This document shows positions 9,202 to 15,948 of a stretch of 18,946 nucleotides of DNA, one piece after another (the stretch's first letter is position 1; each line of letters opens with the position of its first letter). Both the position numbers and the translations under genes were made by a program. The notes beneath the pieces were generated by a model. That model was not told the origin of the DNA and searched no databases. It saw only the letters and a list, made by a program, of their open reading frames with translations. Source of the DNA: Candidatus Krumholzibacteriia bacterium (GTDB lineage: Bacteria; Krumholzibacteriota; Krumholzibacteriia; WVZY01). Location of the stretch: assembly GCA_036478295.1 (NCBI GenBank), contig JAZGDW010000256.1, positions 1-18,946 on the forward strand, in the 5' to 3' direction.

Positions 9202-9443
9202 TGCGACTTGTAGATGGGTACATAGGCATTCGTCCGGACTCGCAGTGCCGGTTGCACATTAGTAGTGCCTGTACGCCGACCCACCACTAAGGGCATACCG
9301 TCCACTGAGTATTCACCTTTTTGTCCCACACCGAGGCCGGGCGTTCGCCTGGCAACCTGTCCCCGTAGAAATAGTCAACGCGCGAATCGAATGCGATTGC
9401 CACCGCTCTGGCGGTTGCGCATGCGTGAAGGGGGGAGATCTCG

Positions 9444-12400
9444 ATGCGAGGAACTGCTCTGGTTTTAGTGCTCGCGTTTGTGACCCTGGCGACAATGAGC
9501 CCCACTGCCTGGGCCAAGAAGCGACCGCCGAAGTATGCCGGCCACCGGTTTACAGCGATACCCGAGAAAGCCGTGCTGCCGGCGGACATTACGGCCGGGT
9601 TCCCGGCCCTCTCGCTCACATCTGCCGCGACCGACACGTTCCATCTCGCCTGGTACGGATTCAACACCTCTGGCGCCCCGGACCCCCAGGGATGGGTAGC
9701 GGTCGACCTCACGCAGCAGCTCGATGTTTTCTTTCATGTCGCCGACGGCACTGAACTGAACGGCGGCCAGCTCGGCAACCTGCTGCCCGTCGAAGGCACT
9801 CAGTCGATGTGGTGTGGGGTCGTTCCTTCAACCGCGGACCCGTTTTGCGGATGGGCTACCCTGCCGGGCTATGGCAACGGCTGGGATCAGATCTTTGCGT
9901 CCTCGACCTTTGTCTGCGACAGCCTTTTCTTCTGCTACAAGATCTGGTGGGATTCGGAGGTGGATTACGATTTCACCGACGTGGAGTATTTCGACGAAGC
10001 AAACGCCCAATGGGTGCTGCTGCCGGCAAGCGTGCCAGGCGGACGTTACAACGAACAGGGGCTGTTGGTCGAATGTTTCGCCATCCCGGTGCCCGCCGAC
10101 TCCACCCGACTTCGCTTTCACTTCACATCGGACGGTGCGTGGTCCGACGAGGACGGACTGTGGCCGACCGATGGCGCTGTGATCGTTGACAGTATCACCG
10201 TCGACTGCTTCAACGGCGGCATTCTCACCCAGTCGTTCTTCGAGGACTTTGAAGGGGAGGCACCGGGGTCCAAGGTCACCGACGACGGCCGCTGGGCGGC
10301 AGAGACGGCCCCGGCGTTCGGAACCCTCTCCGCGCTCTATCCGGGCATAGCGGTTCTGCAAGAGGACGAGTGTTTCTTCAACATCTCGTGGTTTTGGGGG
10401 TTCTTCGATAGTCCGGTGAATGCCAATTACGCATGTCACCTGCCTGACCCCCGGCCGGACCAGGGCGTGATACCGTTCGGCCGTGACGGACTGTACATAG
10501 ACAACGAGATCTGGTCGCCGAGGATTCCGCTTACCGGCGCCGGCGATGATTATCGTCTCAACTTCAAGGTTTACCGGGACCTGCCGCTCGACAACCTCAT
10601 CTTTTACACCTGGGCTGTGCGTTCGTGGGTGGCCAACTGCCCGGGGTACTGGCAGGATTTCGATTTTGTCTTTTATGGCGGGGGGAGGGATTGGAGCAAC
10701 CAATCTTTTAATATCGGCTCTCTCGTCGATGCGGGCGCCACCGAATTGCAGATCTCGCTCGGTGTCCTGGATATGTGCGCCTTCTGGTGCCAGATCTTTG
10801 GCACCGGTCAATGTCACAGTCACGCGCCGCTCTGGGACGACGTGCATCTCGACCGGGTCAATGTCGTTGGGCCCCAGTTCACCGTCCGCCACCTGGATAT
10901 TTTTCAGGACAACTTCGCGCAGGACGGTACGCTGACTGGCGCGGTGCGCGCCGACGCCGCAGTCGACATCGCGAGTTCATTCAGCCCCACGATTCACCCG
11001 GGAGACTCGATCACGATTACGGTAACGGACCCCCAGTTCGGTGTCGCGACGGATCCGTTCACCGGCGTGGGCCCGGCGGTGTATCTCTACGCCGCCCTGT
11101 GGCCGCCCAATCAACCCGGCAAGGCGGGAGCCGACCTCGAAGCGCCGGAGACCCGCGGGGCCGGCAAGCGCTATCCCCTGGTGGACAGTCTGGTGCACAA
11201 CGGGGTGAAGTGGTACTGCTTTCGCGGAGACAGCGTTGTGTTTGGGAGCGGGGCCATGATCGCCGACCGTTTCTGCCTGGACCTGAACGATGCCGTGCTT
11301 ACCCCCGGCGACACGATTTGCTACGTGCTGTCGGCGCAAAACGCGAACGGCGATCGCAACTACTTCTCCCGGACGCTGAACGGCCAGGGCGGCAATTTCG
11401 TCACCAACGTGATGGCCGAGGCGTTGGCCAGCCCCATGGAGTTTACCGCCCTGCCCGCGGGCGGCTGGTTGCGCGGCGGAAACATTCTCTACGTCGATGA
11501 CACCGACGACCGCGGCGGGCCCGCGCAGCTATTCTTTGATACGGCGTTCGACTACGTACAAAGTCGCGATCTCATCGATCGCTTCGACGTGTTGGGCCCC
11601 TCGTCGGCGGTAGGCAACAGTCTCGCCTCGCGGGTCCAGAACGTGGCGACGCAGATTATGAGTGCCTACAGCACCATCATCTGGAATACCGGTAATCTCT
11701 CCAGCGGTCTCATCGGGGACGGCGGCCCGCAGAACGGTGGTGGCGGCGCCGAAAAGTCCGATGACTACGCGCTCATCTACGAGTTTCTGGATACGCACCC
11801 CGACAACCCGGGTATCTATATAAGCGGGGATGACGTCGCGTCGGAATGGGTTAATCAACTCACCGGGATCGGTGCGCTAAACACGCGGTCGATCTATATG
11901 AACTTCAATATGGACCCGGCCTCGCCTTTCGGTGACCATGTCGCGGCCGGAGAACCCTTATCACCGCTCCTGGACGGCGTGGGCACACTTTTCGTCGGAG
12001 ACCAGCTCATCGTGTTTGGCGGTTGCCCGCTCATAAACGACTTCGACCTCCTGGCGGCAACGGGGCTGTCCGTGGCCGAAATGAACAACACGGCGACGGG
12101 CAAGACTTACGTCCTCAGCCAGGAGACACCCAACGCAGCGGCGACGACCGGACGCGTCGTGCTGTCGGGTTTCAGCTATCACTTTATCCGCGACACCGGC
12201 GCCGTCGGCGGGCCACCCGCCCGCGTGAAGCACCTGCGGGACATACTGCTTTTCCTGCAGAACCTCATTCCTGTTGCTTCGGGCTTCGAGGAAACGCCGC
12301 AGCTGGTGAACCGGCTGGACGCCAACTATCCCAACCCGTTCAACCCGACGACGACCATCCACTACTCCATAAGGGAGCGCGGGCACGTGTCACTCAGGGT

Positions 12401-12587
12401 TTACAACGCCGCAGGTCAGCTGGTCAGGACGCTGGTCAACGAAATCAAAACACCGGAGCCCGGGGGATTTTCGGTGCCGTGGGACGGCCGTAACCAGGCG
12501 GGACAAAAGGTGTCCAGCAGTGTGTATTTCTACAAAATGGTGACGCAGCGCTTCACGCAGACGAAGAAGATGGTGCTGTTGAAATAG
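9444..12587 (+). CDS. Large secreted protein, paralog 1 (1047 aa), with C-terminal FlgD-Ig/T9SS type A-like sorting domain
   Basis: Sec signal 'MRGTALVLVLAFVTLATMSPTAWA'; MAM/InhA-like segment 'WDSEVDYD..VEY...LRFHFTSDG...IVDSITV'; 'ILYVDDTDD' domain; CTD 'NYPNPFNP...VYNAAGQLVRTL...WDGRN...VYFYKM...KKMVLLK'. RBS GGGGGAG. Confidence 0.9.
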   Translation: MRGTALVLVLAFVTLATMSPTAWAKKRPPKYAGHRFTAIPEKAVLPADITAGFPALSLTSAATDTFHLAWYGFNTSGAPDPQGWVAVDLTQQLDVFFHVADGTELNGGQLGNLLPVEGTQSMWCGVVPSTADPFCGWATLPGYGNGWDQIFASSTFVCDSLFFCYKIWWDSEVDYDFTDVEYFDEANAQWVLLPASVPGGRYNEQGLLVECFAIPVPADSTRLRFHFTSDGAWSDEDGLWPTDGAVIVDSITVDCFNGGILTQSFFEDFEGEAPGSKVTDDGRWAAETAPAFGTLSALYPGIAVLQEDECFFNISWFWGFFDSPVNANYACHLPDPRPDQGVIPFGRDGLYIDNEIWSPRIPLTGAGDDYRLNFKVYRDLPLDNLIFYTWAVRSWVANCPGYWQDFDFVFYGGGRDWSNQSFNIGSLVDAGATELQISLGVLDMCAFWCQIFGTGQCHSHAPLWDDVHLDRVNVVGPQFTVRHLDIFQDNFAQDGTLTGAVRADAAVDIASSFSPTIHPGDSITITVTDPQFGVATDPFTGVGPAVYLYAALWPPNQPGKAGADLEAPETRGAGKRYPLVDSLVHNGVKWYCFRGDSVVFGSGAMIADRFCLDLNDAVLTPGDTICYVLSAQNANGDRNYFSRTLNGQGGNFVTNVMAEALASPMEFTALPAGGWLRGGNILYVDDTDDRGGPAQLFFDTAFDYVQSRDLIDRFDVLGPSSAVGNSLASRVQNVATQIMSAYSTIIWNTGNLSSGLIGDGGPQNGGGGAEKSDDYALIYEFLDTHPDNPGIYISGDDVASEWVNQLTGIGALNTRSIYMNFNMDPASPFGDHVAAGEPLSPLLDGVGTLFVGDQLIVFGGCPLINDFDLLAATGLSVAEMNNTATGKTYVLSQETPNAAATTGRVVLSGFSYHFIRDTGAVGGPPARVKHLRDILLFLQNLIPVASGFEETPQLVNRLDANYPNPFNPTTTIHYSIRERGHVSLRVYNAAGQLVRTLVNEIKTPEPGGFSVPWDGRNQAGQKVSSSVYFYKMVTQRFTQTKKMVLLK

Positions 12588-12661
12588 GAGGAAACAGAGA
12601 AGGCGGCGGCGCACCGTCAACAATCTAACGAGGTTCCCGTATGGGACCCAAGGAGGGTACG

Positions 12662-15600
12662 ATGAAACCACGGCACCTGTGGGCCTGGCTGGTTTGTGTG
12701 CTTCTGACTGTTGCGCTGCTGCCCGGACGGTCACCGGCAAAGAAGGTGGCGCCCAGGGAGACACCGCGATTCGTCTCACCACCCGGACCGGCGGAGCTAC
12801 CGCCCGAACTCAGGACCGCGGTATCTCCAATGCTGACTTCGGCGGCCGCGCCGGACACGTTCGAACTCGCATGGTTCGATTTCGGCCCGATCGGGTCGCC
12901 GGACCCCCAGGGGTGGGTGTCCGTCGATCTCACCGCGCAGTTGGATGAGTTCTTTCACGTTGCCGACGCCACCGATCTCAACGGCGGCACCTTCGGCCGG
13001 TTGATCGTCCTCGAAGGAGCGCAGTCTCTCTGGTGCGGCGCTCCGGCGTCAACGGCCAACCCGTTTTGCGGTTGGGCGACTCTGCCCGGTTACGGCAACA
13101 ACTGGGATCAGTTCTTTACCTCCAAGACTTTCACCTGCGACAGTATTCGCGTCGCATTCAAAGTCATATGGGATTCGGAACCTGGTTACGACCAGACAAC
13201 GGTGGAATATCTCGATGACGCCACCGGCACCTGGATCGGGTTTCCCGTCAACAACGGCATCGGCTACTACGACGACTCGGTTCCCCTGCCCGTTGTTGAC
13301 AGCCTGATCGCGTCTGTGGGTATCGCGACCACGCAGATCCGTTTTCATTTTACATCCGACGGCGCGTGGTCCGACGAGGACGGCTTGTGGCCAACCGATG
13401 GGGCGGTCATCTTCGACAGCATCACGGTCGACTGCTACAACGGTGGCGTAATAACCGAGACCCACTTCGAGGACTTCGAAGGAGAGGCGCCGGGAGCGAA
13501 GGCAACGGACGACGGCGTGTGGATGGCGACACCGGCGCCGAGCTTCGGCTTGTTCGCCGATCTTTACCCGGGTACCGCCGTGCTGCAGGAGGACCCGTGT
13601 GTAGCCCTTGTGGGTAATGTGTGGGGATGGTTTGACGACCCGTCCAGCACGAATTATGACTGCCACCTGCCCGACCCCCGTCCGGACCAGGGTGCCGTCC
13701 CGTTCAAGAACGCCGACGGCCTCTACCTGTCCAACGCTATCTGGTCACCGCGGATTCCGTACACGGGGAGCGGTAGCAAACTCTTTTATGTCGACAAGGT
13801 CTACAGGGACCAGACGCTCGACAACCTGGTTTTTTATAACCTGAACATGCGCTCCTACGTCACGAATTGCGCGGAGCGTTGGGAACGAATCGAACACAAC
13901 CTGTGGGGCGGGCAGAAAAACTGGCTGACCCGGGCCTGGTCGGTGGGTCACAACGTCGCGCCCGGCGCGGTGGAGCTGCAGTTTCAGATTCTCGTTCACG
14001 ACTTTTGCCTTGTCTTCTGCAATCTCTTCGGGAGCGGCCAATGTCACGGTCACGCGCCCCTCTTTGACAGTGTGCGAGTGCTCCGCGTCGACGATAACGG
14101 GCCGCAGTTTTTTGTCCGTCATTTGGATCTCTTCCAGGATAATTTCGCCGAGGACGGGACGCTGACCGGCCATGCGCGTGCCGACGCGGCGAATGATATC
14201 ATGCGTTCGACCGATTCCGCCATCCGGCCCGGCGACTCGATCACCGTGACGCTCAGCGACCCCGATTTCGGCCTCGGGACCGACGCTTTCACCGGCGTGG
14301 GACCCGCCGTGTACGTTTATGTGACGTTGTTCCCCGCCAATCAGGCCGGCAAGTCCGGTGCCGACCTCGAAGCGCCCGAAGCCCGCACCGTCGGCAAGCG
14401 CTTTCCCCTGGTCGATAGTCTTCTCCAGGACGGGCTCACGTGGTACTGCTTCCGCATGGACACCGCGTTCACCGCGGGCGGGGCGGTGGCACTCTCCGAT
14501 CGTTTCTGCTTCGACCTCAATGATGCCGTGCTCACACCGGGCGACACCATCTTCTACTGCCTCGGCGCCGAAAACACGATCGGCCAAACCAACTATTTTT
14601 CACGGCGCTTTATCGGGGATTTTCCGGGGACTTTCCTCGGTCAGGGTGACGACTTCGTAACAAGCGACCGGTCGGAGGCGTTGAGGAATCCAATGGAGTT
14701 TACGATCCTGCCGGCGGCGGGATATCTCCGCGGTGGGGATATCCTCTATGTGGATGATACGGACGACCGCGGTGGGCCGGCAGAGTTGTATTTCGACACG
14801 GCTTTTGCCCACTTTGGCGGTCCAGGGAGTCTTTCCCTCATTGATCGCTACGACGTTCTGGCCCCCTCTTCGGCCGTGGGCAACAGTCTGGCCTCCCGTG
14901 TCAAGAATATCGCCACGCAGATTATCGGACCCTACCGCAAGATCATCTGGAGCTCCGGCAACCTCACCGCCGGCTTGATCGGGGACGGAGGCATCGCGAA
15001 CGGGGGCAGCGGCCCGGAGAAAGCGGATGATTACGCGCTGCTCTTCCAGTTTCTCGATACGCACCCCAACATGCCCGGCATCTACATCAGTGGAGACAAC
15101 GTCGCATCCGATTGGGCCGGGCTGACCGGGGCGGCAGCCATATTGACGCGGTCGACGTACATGGACTTCGGTTTGGACCCCGCCGGCGGTCATGTGGCCG
15201 CGGGCGAGCCGGTATCGCCGACTCTCCATGCAATCGGTCCGATAGGCAGCGGCGAACAACTCGTTGCCTACGGCGGATGCCCGGTCATAAACGACTACGA
15301 CCTCCTGCAGGTAGGCGGTTCATCGGTGGCCGAATTAAGAAACCTGGCGACGGGCAAGACGTATGCCTTGAGCCAGAGCACACCCAACTCCAGCGGCTCG
15401 ACGGCGCGCGTCGTCCTGTCGGGATTCAGCTACCATTATATTCGCGATACCGGTGCCGCGGGATCATTTATGGCGCGCGTCATCCACATGAGGAATATCC
15501 TCCAGTGGTTGGGAAACCTCGCCATCATCGGATCGGGAATCGGCGACACGCCGCAGCTGGCCAACCGTCTCGATGCCAACTACCCCAATCCGTTCAATCC

Positions 15601-15841
15601 GACGACGGTGATCCGCTATGCCATCAAAGAACGCGGGCACGTGTCGCTCCAGATATACAACGTCGCGGGGCAGCTAGTACGAACGCTGGTGAACGAGGTT
15701 CAAACCCCGGATCCGAACGGGTTCGAGGCGAAGTGGAATGGTCGAAACAACGCCGGCCAGACGGTATCGAGCAGCGTGTATTTCTACAAGATGGTGACAC
15801 AGGGCTTCTCGCAGACGAAGAAGATGGTGTTGTTGAAATGA
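12662..15841 (+). CDS. Large secreted protein, paralog 2 (~1059 aa), with C-terminal FlgD-Ig/T9SS type A-like sorting domain
   Basis: ATG at 12662 follows AGGAGG (12651-12656); signal 'MKPRHLWAWLVCVLLTVALLPGRSPA'; colinear with paralog 1 throughout; ends 'KKMVLLK'. Confidence 0.9.
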   Translation: MKPRHLWAWLVCVLLTVALLPGRSPAKKVAPRETPRFVSPPGPAELPPELRTAVSPMLTSAAAPDTFELAWFDFGPIGSPDPQGWVSVDLTAQLDEFFHVADATDLNGGTFGRLIVLEGAQSLWCGAPASTANPFCGWATLPGYGNNWDQFFTSKTFTCDSIRVAFKVIWDSEPGYDQTTVEYLDDATGTWIGFPVNNGIGYYDDSVPLPVVDSLIASVGIATTQIRFHFTSDGAWSDEDGLWPTDGAVIFDSITVDCYNGGVITETHFEDFEGEAPGAKATDDGVWMATPAPSFGLFADLYPGTAVLQEDPCVALVGNVWGWFDDPSSTNYDCHLPDPRPDQGAVPFKNADGLYLSNAIWSPRIPYTGSGSKLFYVDKVYRDQTLDNLVFYNLNMRSYVTNCAERWERIEHNLWGGQKNWLTRAWSVGHNVAPGAVELQFQILVHDFCLVFCNLFGSGQCHGHAPLFDSVRVLRVDDNGPQFFVRHLDLFQDNFAEDGTLTGHARADAANDIMRSTDSAIRPGDSITVTLSDPDFGLGTDAFTGVGPAVYVYVTLFPANQAGKSGADLEAPEARTVGKRFPLVDSLLQDGLTWYCFRMDTAFTAGGAVALSDRFCFDLNDAVLTPGDTIFYCLGAENTIGQTNYFSRRFIGDFPGTFLGQGDDFVTSDRSEALRNPMEFTILPAAGYLRGGDILYVDDTDDRGGPAELYFDTAFAHFGGPGSLSLIDRYDVLAPSSAVGNSLASRVKNIATQIIGPYRKIIWSSGNLTAGLIGDGGIANGGSGPEKADDYALLFQFLDTHPNMPGIYISGDNVASDWAGLTGAAAILTRSTYMDFGLDPAGGHVAAGEPVSPTLHAIGPIGSGEQLVAYGGCPVINDYDLLQVGGSSVAELRNLATGKTYALSQSTPNSSGSTARVVLSGFSYHYIRDTGAAGSFMARVIHMRNILQWLGNLAIIGSGIGDTPQLANRLDANYPNPFNPTTVIRYAIKERGHVSLQIYNVAGQLVRTLVNEVQTPDPNGFEAKWNGRNNAGQTVSSSVYFYKMVTQGFSQTKKMVLLK

Positions 15842-15842
15842 T

Positions 15843-15860
15843 GACGATGGATACATCGTC
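15843..15860 (+). other. 7-bp hairpin just after the paralog 2 stop codon
   Basis: GACGATG-gata-CATCGTC with no U-tract, so not a clear intrinsic terminator. Confidence 0.35.
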
Positions 15861-15948
15861 GAACGTGCTGGATCCGACGTTGGGAGAAGATGCTATTGAT
15901 TTGAACTCGGGTGCCCAACGCATCCGCAACAAAGTGAGGTGAATCTCG

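Noticed and set aside
10788..10817. Atypical heme c attachment motif CX7CH in paralogs 1 and 2
   Set aside because: No canonical CXXCH, and paralog 3 has 'CRSH', so the His next to the Cys is not conserved.
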